Part shown: one piece after another, positions 50,512-58,642 of the stretch
Layout of the letters: every line of letters starts with the position of its first letter
How positions within the stretch are numbered: position 1 is the stretch's first letter
Source of the DNA: Chloroflexota bacterium
GTDB lineage: Bacteria > Chloroflexota > Dehalococcoidia > UBA2247 > RBG-13-53-26
Assembly (NCBI GenBank): GCA_003551705.1
Contig: PUNJ01000190.1
Span: 5,900-69,899 of the forward strand
Length of the DNA stretch: 64,000 bases
Reading direction: 5' to 3'
Translations under genes and position numbers: made by a program
Notes under the pieces: generated by a model
What the model saw: only the letters and a program-made list of their open reading frames with translations
What the model was told of the DNA's origin: nothing
Database searches by the model: none

Positions 50512-50642
50512 GGCTGAACCTCGTTAGTCTAACATGAAATCGGAAGCCACAATCAAGTTAAAAGAGCCCTGGAACGTCTCTAAGATTGACCTCCTTGCGG
50601 GGGCGGAGCGCTCACCCATTCTTTTGATGTCTCTCGCTGGTG

Positions 50643-51779
50643 TCATATCAGGATTTCGTTGCCTCGGCCAGTAGCATGACCAGGCGGCGTCTTGTCCCAG
50701 TCCCTAAACTCCGGTTGGATGGCCGCCCTGGCAGGCCGGCTTACAACTCTTTCCCTGCCTGATAACTGCATGACGCGCTTGTAGGCTCCAAGGTATCCAT
50801 CGGTCATTCGTGAGATGTTGAAGTTCTTCGCAACATGCTCCCGGCAGAGGCCCGGATGAATAAGGTGCACGTTCTCTATGGCTTTCTCCATTTCAGCCAT
50901 TTCGCTGACCACGAATCCCGTTTCGCCGTGTTTCACTACCTCCGGTGCCGAGCCCCTATTGAAGACGACGACCGGAGTGCCACATGCCATGGCCTCGAGA
51001 AAGAAAAGACCGAAGGGTTCATCCCAGGTAATGGGGGCAACCAGGCAGTGGGCTGCTGGCAGCAACTCCCGCTTGGCCTTGTTATCAGCCTCTCCGATGT
51101 ATTGTATGAGGCGGTTATCTACCTGGGGCTTGACCTGTGCCTCGAAGTAGTCGTGGTCAATCGCATCCACGTTGCCCGCTATTATCAACGGACGTCCCAG
51201 CTTTCTGGCCAGGGCGCAAGCCAGATGGGGCCCCTTCTCTGGACTCAAACGGGCGAGGAACAGCATATGCTCCCGGCGCGGTCCGTCATTGAAGGGGTAA
51301 GAATCGACGTCTATGGAGTTATAGATCACGCCAGCAAAATTTCTCTTGGGGGCTAGCAGCCTCTTTGCCGATTCACTTATGGTGTTATACCAGCCCTCAT
51401 ATTGCCGGAACATCAATGCCCAGTCGCCCTCCAGTGCACCATGAAGGGTTGTAAGCATAGGGGTGCGGACGAACCCGGCCAGGGACATGCCTTCGAGTAG
51501 TGTGTGATTATGTATTATGTCAAAATCGGCGGCCCTCAGCAGGCAGGCCCTCGCATTCAACATGTTCAAGACGTTCTTGTTCCTATCAGAGCCGCGCAGA
51601 AAGCGGTCACAAACAGGCACCAGCGTGGCTCGAGTTATTGAATCGCCGCTGGCGAAAAGGGTTACAGCATGACCCCGCCGTACCAATTCCTCGGTCAGCA
51701 GGCTTACGACCAACTCGGTGCCCCCATAAGCTGTAGGCGGGACTCTCATCTCCAGGGGCGAAAGCATGGCAATATGCAT
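50643..51779 (-). CDS. family 4 (GT-B) glycosyltransferase
   Basis: N-terminus MHIAMLSP...YGGTE and the C-terminal EPFGL..EAMACGTPVV motif. Confidence 0.8.
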   Translation of the reverse strand: MHIAMLSPLEMRVPPTAYGGTELVVSLLTEELVRRGHAVTLFASGDSITRATLVPVCDRFLRGSDRNKNVLNMLNARACLLRAADFDIIHNHTLLEGMSLAGFVRTPMLTTLHGALEGDWALMFRQYEGWYNTISESAKRLLAPKRNFAGVIYNSIDVDSYPFNDGPRREHMLFLARLSPEKGPHLACALARKLGRPLIIAGNVDAIDHDYFEAQVKPQVDNRLIQYIGEADNKAKRELLPAAHCLVAPITWDEPFGLFFLEAMACGTPVVVFNRGSAPEVVKHGETGFVVSEMAEMEKAIENVHLIHPGLCREHVAKNFNISRMTDGYLGAYKRVMQLSGRERVVSRPARAAIQPEFRDWDKTPPGHATGRGNEILI

Positions 51780-52339
51780 GTTCCTCTCCTTTCTAGGTCA
51801 GGCCCAGTTTCCGGCTTCGGTATTCCCCGGCAGAAGTATCCGAGTAATGAATGGAACCGGTATACCTGATTGTCAAAAGAACACACTGATATATAGCCTT
51901 AGCGTCCGGATGCAAGAAACATGAACCCGCTGTCCTGCATGCTTGGTTACGTGCTGCGGGCGCAAAGTGACAGTGCCGTCTTACCTTGCCAGCCTGTTAT
52001 GCATACTTTCGCGACGGCTGTTCTCTTCTAAGTATAGAGCTAACGGCTGCAGTTAGATTGATAGGCGGGTCAAGATTATGTAACCATTTGGCACATGGGC
52101 ATGGATGGTGGATACCGAGTCAAGCGCGCTGTATTTGTCCCAGAGTCCCAGCCTTCGCTATTGCTGCTCCACGCCAACCCCCCTTTGTCCGTCAAGTGCT
52201 TGCGACTGGATCGGTCTTGACTGCGTTTACCGTGTGTGGGCCGTCTCCTATGGCAAGCGCAGATGGTGGGTTTCGTCGCTCCGGGCCATCACAGTCCACG
52301 ATGACTGATACCGTGATGTCCTTCGCTACCCGCTAAATG

Positions 52340-52500
52340 CGGACCGCGCCGCTCCTCTACGCCACCCTACTGCCGTCTCACCCCGTCACATGCAACAGCG
52401 CCAGGACGCTCACGCAGGGTGGTGTTGAGCAAGGCGCTAGCGGCTTAGGTATGAACCTGGCGGGGGTAGGGCTGCAGGTCGACGGCGCTTAGAGTGTACA
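52340..52500. repeat. intergenic long-hairpin repeat element, copy 2 (diverged arms CTCTACGCCACCCTAC / GCAGGGTGGTGTTGAG)
   Basis: Shares about 70% identity with copy 1, including the GTCGACGGCGC and GCGCTAGCGGCTTAGG segments. Confidence 0.5.
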
Positions 52501-52562
52501 GTGCCGAGCGGAACCCACCATTTATCACGTTCATGGCGGTGCGGCAGCGGGGGCGGGTTCAC

Positions 52563-53456
52563 CTATTCCAGTTGATCGAGCAGACCATCGAATACTTCGC
52601 TGGCCCAGTCCATGTCCAAGTTGCCGCCCCATCTGTGATGGACCTCCATTTGGTCCGTACCCCTGCCGGTTACAAGGACGGTGGTATAGTATTTGGTGTC
52701 TATTTCGAAGACGGCAGCCAAACCCTTTTGTTCCAGGTAGTTGACCTGGCGGAAATGGATGCGGTCGGCGTATTCTGCTTCAAGCCGCTCCCAGGTATCC
52801 CAATCAAAGGGACAGGTGTCACATCCGTCCCAGAAGATTATCAGCTCGGGTTTGCCGTCTTCAGGATCGGGCAGCAACTGGCCTCCGGCGCCGGTAGCGA
52901 AGGGGGCGGAGATGACCACGACCAGACATAAGGCCAGGGCGGCAAGCACAGTCTTCATCCCAGCCCTGGTATCCTTGACGTTGCGTCCGAAAAGGAAGCC
53001 TATCCCGGCGATTTCCGCCTTGTGCCTCTGCCAGATAAGCAACGCCGCTGTGCCAAGCATGGCTACATCTACCGCGATGGCCTGGGCATGGGTAAGGGCC
53101 AGCAAATCGCCAAAGCAGCCGCAGAGTTCCACATTGGGGCGGTAAAGGCTGTAGATGCCGCCTATGATGAAGCTGACAGCCATCAAGATGCTCAATCCGG
53201 CAGCCAGCCTGGTGAAGACGCCCAGCACCAAAGCGGCACCGACTACAAACTCGACCCACGGGAGGGCATGGCCGTAGACCTCGGCCAGTCCTACGGGCAG
53301 CAGGTCATATCTGACCACCGTATCTACGAACAGCGCCTGGTTCTGCAGCTTGGTTATTGCGGAAATGAGGAAGACTGTACCCAGGGCCAGTCTGAATACG
53401 GTCACCAACCAGGTATTTTCTGCCAGGCGCTTAAAGTGCTGCACACAGCCCTCCAT
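52563..53456 (-). CDS. MauE/DoxX-family membrane protein fused to a thioredoxin-like (TlpA-like) domain
   Basis: MauE CGCFG motif within TM helices. C-terminal thioredoxin-fold region with a CxxC motif (WDGCDTCPF). Confidence 0.75.
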   Translation of the reverse strand: MEGCVQHFKRLAENTWLVTVFRLALGTVFLISAITKLQNQALFVDTVVRYDLLPVGLAEVYGHALPWVEFVVGAALVLGVFTRLAAGLSILMAVSFIIGGIYSLYRPNVELCGCFGDLLALTHAQAIAVDVAMLGTAALLIWQRHKAEIAGIGFLFGRNVKDTRAGMKTVLAALALCLVVVISAPFATGAGGQLLPDPEDGKPELIIFWDGCDTCPFDWDTWERLEAEYADRIHFRQVNYLEQKGLAAVFEIDTKYYTTVLVTGRGTDQMEVHHRWGGNLDMDWASEVFDGLLDQLE

Positions 53457-53578
53457 TTCAGGCGGTTATGCCACACTCTTTTTACAGTCTATGGCGACCA
53501 GATGTCAATTGTTAGGGGGCTTCAGATCACGGTACTGCGGGCAACGTAACAAACCAGCTTTGCCGGATGCAGTCCCTG

Positions 53579-53986
53579 CTAGACAGGTCTCAGTTCCGCC
53601 TTCAGCAGTCTGGTGACTCGCTTTCTGATCTCGTCCCTGATCTCCCTTACTTCATGTATCGGCTTGCCCTTGGGGTCCTCCAGGTCCCATTCCAGCGCGT
53701 CGGTGAAACTCGCTGGACAGACCCCCTCGCCGCAGCCCATGCTTATGATCATGGCCGCCTCCTGCAGCATATCGGCATGGAGCATCTTGGGCGAATTACG
53801 GCTCAAGTCCAGACCTATTTCGAGCATTGCCTCAAGCACCGTAGCATCAATGGTAACCGCCGGATCGGTGCCGGCCGAGACCGCCTCCGCCTTGCCGTCG
53901 GCCATCTGGTTGAAAAAGGCCTCAGCCATCTGGCTGCGGCCGGAATTGTGTAGACAAACGAAAAGCACCTTCTTCATGTCCTGCAT
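53579..53986 (-). CDS. arsC: arsenate reductase (thioredoxin-coupled, LMW-PTP family)
   Basis: P-loop VLFVCLHNSGRSQMAEA (CX5R) and the downstream Cys pair (ISMGCGEGVC). Confidence 0.85.
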   Translation of the reverse strand: MQDMKKVLFVCLHNSGRSQMAEAFFNQMADGKAEAVSAGTDPAVTIDATVLEAMLEIGLDLSRNSPKMLHADMLQEAAMIISMGCGEGVCPASFTDALEWDLEDPKGKPIHEVREIRDEIRKRVTRLLKAELRPV

Positions 53987-54120
53987 CCTCACTTACCTTC
54001 TGAGACCATCCTCTGTTTTATGGGCGCAACCGGACGGCATATCCGTATCTCGCCGGTGCGGGATGCCGGAACCGGCGTCCGTGCTCCGTGTTCCCAAGAG
54101 CGGTCTTGTCCCTGAGCGTG

Positions 54121-54564
54121 TTACTGCTGCAGCGCGTCTCCGGCAGGCGGACCGGAATCCCTGTGGTCCGGAAGTCGCAATTCCAGTGCCCGGCTCCACT
54201 TGCACGTTCCCCCTCCATGGTCATGTTGAGGCTGCCCGGATGAGGCATCCGGCATCCCGGAGCAGCCGCACCCTTTCTGGGCTGGCCCGTCGGTTGCCCG
54301 ACCAGCCTCCGCCTCACCGGCTTGCCCGCCCTGTCGTATGGCGGCTATTACCTGTTCATGGCCGGGAATCCCCCGCTGCTCTGCATTATCGGCCACCACG
54401 CGATCATCAACCCTGACCTCGAAGATGCCACCGCTGCCCTCTTTCAATTGGGCTCTTATGCCCAATTCCTTCTCGATTTTCGCCGCCAGACCGGCGGCGT
54501 GGGGCAGGAAGTTTCACTCCCGGCAGTAGGTGATCTGAATGGTCTGTTGACTCTTGCTGGTCAT
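54121..54564 (-). CDS. SelW/Rdx-family selenoprotein; in-frame TGA (Sec) at 54526-54524 in a CxxU motif; C-terminal boundary uncertain
   Basis: Minus strand reads ggaaaggagtcgaATG, then MTSKSQQTIQITYCRE-TGA-NFLPHAAGLAAKIEKELGIRAQLKEGSGGIFEVRVDDRVVADNAEQRGIPGHEQVIAAIRQ... This matches the Rdx pattern [IxIxYCxxU...GSGGxFEV...]. A 7-bp GC hairpin lies 14 nt after the UGA. The track splits this gene into ORFs 54514..54696 and 54121..54465. Confidence 0.55.
54481..54499 (-). promoter_or_regulatory. SECIS-like hairpin (CGCCGCC-GGUCU-GGCGGCG) downstream of the in-frame UGA
   Basis: Perfect 7-bp GC stem whose apical loop contains GU. It starts 14 nt 3' of the UGA on the coding strand. Confidence 0.45.
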
Positions 54565-54595
54565 TCGACTCCTTTCCGGTCCTTGCCCGGCCGGG

Positions 54596-54853
54596 CTACT
54601 GTTGCTCGGCCCTGGCTTGTGCATTGATGATGAACTGGGTGACCTCTGCTTTGGAAGGTACGCGGCCAAAGCAGACAACCTCCTCATCGAGGACAAGTCC
54701 AGGGGTGGTGAGGACAGGGTATTCCATGATCTTCTTCATGTCCTTTACCGGCTCAATGGTTGCCTCTATCCCCAACTCCTGTACCACTTGACGGACCGTC
54801 TGCTCCAGTTGATGGCACTTGGCGCAGCCGGTGCCCAAAACCTTGATCCTCAT
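54596..54853 (-). CDS. thioredoxin-fold redox-active disulfide protein (Thioredoxin_3 / TM0983-like)
   Basis: MRIKVLGTGCAKCHQLE CxxC N-terminus typical of the small thioredoxin-like proteins found next to arsenical permeases. ATG follows aaaggagatcacc. Confidence 0.8.
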   Translation of the reverse strand: MRIKVLGTGCAKCHQLEQTVRQVVQELGIEATIEPVKDMKKIMEYPVLTTPGLVLDEEVVCFGRVPSKAEVTQFIINAQARAEQQ

Positions 54854-54880
54854 GGTGATCTCCTTTCACAAATTTAGCAC

Positions 54881-55918
54881 TTAACCCGGAATAAGACCAA
54901 AGATGTATCCGGTTACGGTTGCCATGATGACAACCAGGCAAATGTAGGCGAGGGTTTTCCGGGTACCCATGATGCTGCGAATCACCAGCATGTTGGGTAG
55001 AGACAGGGCCGGACCCGCCAGCAGCAGGGCCAGCGCCGGACCCTTGCCCATGCCCAAGTCCATGAAGGCCCGGACTATGGGTACCTCCGTGAGGGTGGCA
55101 AAATACATGAGTGAGCCCATCACCGAGGCCAGGGCGTTGCCGGAGAGGGTGTTGCCGCCGACGTAGTTCGAGACTACGTCCTCGGGCAAGGCCACCCGCA
55201 GCATGCCCGCGGCGAAGACGCCCACCAGAAGCCAGGGTACGATTAGCCGGGCAAAGTGGAGGGTCTCCCGCATCCACTGGGCGATATCCCCCCGGCTGAA
55301 CCAGCGCCAGAGGACCAGGGCCAGGATGGCCAGCAGGGCTGCGGTGCCGGCCCATATCTGGGCCGCCGTAACCAGCAGAATGGCCACCAGGACGGCGAAG
55401 AAGACGGCCTGGTGCAGCACGGATTTGGCATCGGGGTCGTTCTGTAGCATGGCGAAAGCCCCGGCGTCCCGCCCTGCCTCGTCGCGCCGGTAGATAAAGG
55501 CCATGACCAGGCCGATGCCGGCGGCGAAGGCTACCGCGGCGATGGCCCGGGCCGCCCCCAGGTCGTAACCCAGGAGCCTGGCCGAGAAGACCACGGCCAG
55601 CACGTTTATGGCGGGTCCGGAGAACAGGAAGGCGACGGCCGGGCCGATGCCGGCGCCTCTCTTGTAGATGCCCCCGAAGAGTGGCAGCACGGTGCACGAG
55701 CAGACGGCGAGAATGGTCCCGGAGACGGAGGCCACGCTGTAGGACAGGAACTTGTTCGCCCTGGGACCGAAGTACTTCAGCACTGCCGTTTGTGAAATGA
55801 ACACGGCTATGGCTCCGGCGATGAAGAAGGCGGGCACGAGGCAGGTCAAAACGTGTGCCGACAGGTATTCGAGTAAACCGTCGACCCCGCCTTGGAGCAG
55901 GTCTACGAAGTAGTCCAT
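54881..55918 (-). CDS. DUF318/COG0701 permease (ArsP-like putative organoarsenical efflux permease)
   Basis: Eight or more TM helices with the conserved CSC motif (ILAVCSCTVLP). Located in the ars operon. ATG follows aggaagtaagga. Confidence 0.8.
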   Translation of the reverse strand: MDYFVDLLQGGVDGLLEYLSAHVLTCLVPAFFIAGAIAVFISQTAVLKYFGPRANKFLSYSVASVSGTILAVCSCTVLPLFGGIYKRGAGIGPAVAFLFSGPAINVLAVVFSARLLGYDLGAARAIAAVAFAAGIGLVMAFIYRRDEAGRDAGAFAMLQNDPDAKSVLHQAVFFAVLVAILLVTAAQIWAGTAALLAILALVLWRWFSRGDIAQWMRETLHFARLIVPWLLVGVFAAGMLRVALPEDVVSNYVGGNTLSGNALASVMGSLMYFATLTEVPIVRAFMDLGMGKGPALALLLAGPALSLPNMLVIRSIMGTRKTLAYICLVVIMATVTGYIFGLIPG

Positions 55919-56304
55919 TTACCGGTTGTCCTTACTTCCTTCCATTTGCTTTCAGGCTCTGGATTCCGTCTTCCCAGACTGTGTACAATAACCTGGTTTA
56001 CCACGCCACCCCGACTCACACCCCGACTCAGTACGCCACCCCGGCGAAAGTCGCAGACTCGCTTGCGGAGAGCCGGGGTCCAGGGAGCACCGCCTTCGAT
56101 GGCGTTCGTCTCCTGGATACCGGCCTTCGCCGGTATGGTAGCACGAAGATACGCATAGCCTCTTCGTCAATGCCTTTCCAGGGGTACAATCTTGCTCCTG
56201 CTTTCCTACATTGCGACACAGCCTGTCCGCCGGGATGGCCGGCGAAGAAGGCTGTATTGTTGCTGTAAGCCCCATTCTTGAACTGGTGCTCATCATTCCA
56301 GACC

Positions 56305-56661
56305 TCACACCGGCGGCTTCCGGGCACAGCCGGTGCCGACCCTGGCGGCTGTCTTGAGGCGTTCCAGGTCCAAGGCTGCTGTGGGGTTACCCGCCAGTCC
56401 TTGCTTGACGGCAGCCATGAGGAGGGCGTATTGCTCCGGACCGTCCTCGTCGATGGAATAGAGGGACCACAGTCCCTCCTTCCTGAGTTTGAGGAAGCCG
56501 GCGTCGTACAGGGCCATGAGGTTTCGCGATGCCCTGGTCTGGGAGATATCAAGGGCCTGCATGATCTCGCAGACACAGCATTCACGCTCGAGCAGGACGT
56601 TCAGCATTCTGAGCCGGGTCTCGTCGGACAGGGCCTTGAAGGACTTTATTAGGTCTCTCAT
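56305..56661 (-). CDS. arsR: ArsR/SmtB-family metalloregulator
   Basis: wHTH with an As(III)-binding ECCVCEI motif (ELCVCDL type). Confidence 0.85.
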   Translation of the reverse strand: MRDLIKSFKALSDETRLRMLNVLLERECCVCEIMQALDISQTRASRNLMALYDAGFLKLRKEGLWSLYSIDEDGPEQYALLMAAVKQGLAGNPTAALDLERLKTAARVGTGCARKPPV

Positions 56662-57036
56662 GGGGCTCCTTGTAAGCTTATATGCGCAACTATGCATCTA
56701 TAATAGCAGAGAAAATCCATGACGGTCAAGATATGGGGGGATCCAATGAACGCCTCGGTCTACACCACCGTGCCTGAGCGCTTGGCCCAGGCCGCCGTAT
56801 TCCTTGGCTGGCAAAGATCAAAAATATGCGGGGAGGGTGGCCAACTGGCGATCCCAGAAATGTGACGTCTGCGTAGGGACCCAGGTCCCCCTCATCTACA
56901 TTGAACACCATCACCAGAATCGAGTGTACCCTATAGGTGCGGCAAAGCGAGGCAGCGAATGTAGACGGGTGTTGCTTGCCGGGGTGCCGAGCGACACCCA
57001 CCAATGAAGAGGTCTGATGATGGTCCCAAACAAGAC

Positions 57037-57903
57037 CTACTCAATCAGGGAGCGCAGCATGTTCATGTCAAGGCATTCACGGACCACGGCGGCCAGCCTG
57101 TTGTATTCCCGGTCCTTGTCGCTCGAAAGCGGTCCCTTCCTCTCCACCAGCCCGGATTGAAGATCATCGAGGGGCTCATGCCGGAAAGGCTCCTCGTCCC
57201 GGAAAACCGAGTCTTCCTGGGCTATGTCGAGGCCATGAATGAAGGGTACTACGCCGAGGACGGGCCGCCGGGTACGTTCTTCCAGGTAGTCCAGGGCGGG
57301 TTTCAGCAAGGCGACATCACCCCGGAACTTGTTGATGATGAAACCCCTGACCCTTTCCTGCTCATGGGGTTCCAGGAGGGCCATAGTGCCCACCAGCGAA
57401 GCAAAAACCCCTCCCCGGTCGATATCCCCCACCAGCAAGACGGGCGAATGCGCCAGGGCAGCCACCCGCATGTTGACTATCTCCCTGTCCCTCAGGTTTA
57501 TCTCTGCGGGGCTGCCGGCTCCTTCGATGATGACCAGGTCATAGGCGGCACGCAGGCGGGCCAGGGCCGCGCCCACAGTGTGGAGGAGATAGGGTGTGTG
57601 CTCGCCATAGTCTCCAGTCTCGGACATCCGGTCGGGCCTGCCCATCACCACCATTTGCGACCCTTTTTCCGGTCCGGGTTTGATCAGTACCGGGTTCATG
57701 TCCACCGACGCCTCTATACCTGCCGCCTCGGCCTGGACGGACTGGGCGCGACCTATCTCCAGACCGTCACGCGTTACGAAGGAGTTGGGGGTCATGTTCT
57801 GGGACTTGAAGGGGGCCACGCGCAGTCCCTCCTGGTGGAAGATACGGCAGAGAGCGGTGACCAGGATGCTCTTGCCCACGGAGGAGGCTGTGCCCTGTAT
57901 CAT
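57037..57903 (-). CDS. cobyric acid synthase CobQ homolog lacking the glutamine amidotransferase domain (truncated or variant)
   Basis: N-terminus LMIQGTASSVGKSILVTALCRIFHQEGLRVAPFKSQNM...GIEASVDMNPVLIKP is CobQ-like. The protein is only about 289 aa and has no GATase-1 segment. 340 bp of non-coding sequence lie downstream. Confidence 0.7.
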   Translation of the reverse strand: MIQGTASSVGKSILVTALCRIFHQEGLRVAPFKSQNMTPNSFVTRDGLEIGRAQSVQAEAAGIEASVDMNPVLIKPGPEKGSQMVVMGRPDRMSETGDYGEHTPYLLHTVGAALARLRAAYDLVIIEGAGSPAEINLRDREIVNMRVAALAHSPVLLVGDIDRGGVFASLVGTMALLEPHEQERVRGFIINKFRGDVALLKPALDYLEERTRRPVLGVVPFIHGLDIAQEDSVFRDEEPFRHEPLDDLQSGLVERKGPLSSDKDREYNRLAAVVRECLDMNMLRSLIE

Positions 57904-58067
57904 CAGCGTCCTGGCGCTCACGGTATGGCCTTCCACCCGTGCCGCAGTCGGATACAGGGCTTGCAAGCGTCGTTCGGGGTTGGGCGTCTGTAAGGCATTA
58001 CTCCCGGACCCGCCCCTTTGCGGTTAGTCCCGGATCTCGTGTCCTGACCGGATGCAAGGCTGGGCCC

Positions 58068-58619
58068 TCAGTTCTCTATGCCGCAGCGTGCCTGGACGCC
58101 CTGGTCGAAGTAGTGTTTGACTTCAAGCATCTCTGTGACAAGGTCAGCGGCGGCTATGATCTCAGGCGGAGCATAACGGCCGGTCAAGACCATCTCTACC
58201 CCGTCGGGCTTCATCCTGATGGTGTCCAGAATATCCTCGACGCTTATCAGATTGAACCAGACGGCGGTGATTATCTCATCGAGAACAACGATGTCGTACT
58301 GCCCGGAGGCCATTGCCTCCCTGGCCCGTTCCAGACCCGCCTGGGCCTGGCTGACGTCAACCGGATTGGGAGGCTTGTTTACATGGACCCAGCTATCCCG
58401 CCCGTATTGCTCGATGGTCATATAGGGTGCCACCATCCTGGCCGCTTCAAGTTCACCATAGACCTGGCCTTTCATGAATTGCCCTATATAGGTCTTCAGC
58501 CCGCGCCCCATGGCCCGGAAAGCCAGGCCCAGTGCGGCTGTGGTCTTTCCCTTACAATTTCCCGTATAGACTTGCACGAAACCCTTGCCCAGGGGGCTCT
58601 TCTTCTCTTCAGTCATCAT
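58068..58619 (-). CDS. cobO: cob(I)yrinic acid a,c-diamide adenosyltransferase (CobO/BtuR type)
   Basis: YTGNGKGKTTAALG P-loop and the conserved DEI..A motif. Confidence 0.85.
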   Translation of the reverse strand: MMTEEKKSPLGKGFVQVYTGNCKGKTTAALGLAFRAMGRGLKTYIGQFMKGQVYGELEAARMVAPYMTIEQYGRDSWVHVNKPPNPVDVSQAQAGLERAREAMASGQYDIVVLDEIITAVWFNLISVEDILDTIRMKPDGVEMVLTGRYAPPEIIAAADLVTEMLEVKHYFDQGVQARCGIEN

Positions 58620-58642
58620 GCTCCTTTCGAGTCATTGGGCTG

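Noticed and set aside
51986-52336. 116-aa plus-strand ORF in the long intergenic region
   Set aside because: No RBS and low-complexity composition. It overlaps the hairpin repeat element, so it is probably non-coding.
55952-56308. 118-aa ORF starting in a GTGA overlap with the arsR stop
   Set aside because: The start is only a GTG and there is no RBS. The sequence is a low-complexity S/G/R/P/C-rich run with no domain. It more likely reflects GC-rich non-coding DNA, so the region is kept as an unexplained gap.
56726-57004. 92-aa ORF downstream of truncated cobQ as a possible remnant of the CobQ glutaminase domain
   Set aside because: The translation shows no resemblance to GATase-1 motifs (no G-x-C-x-G nucleophile elbow, no HRYE-like segment).
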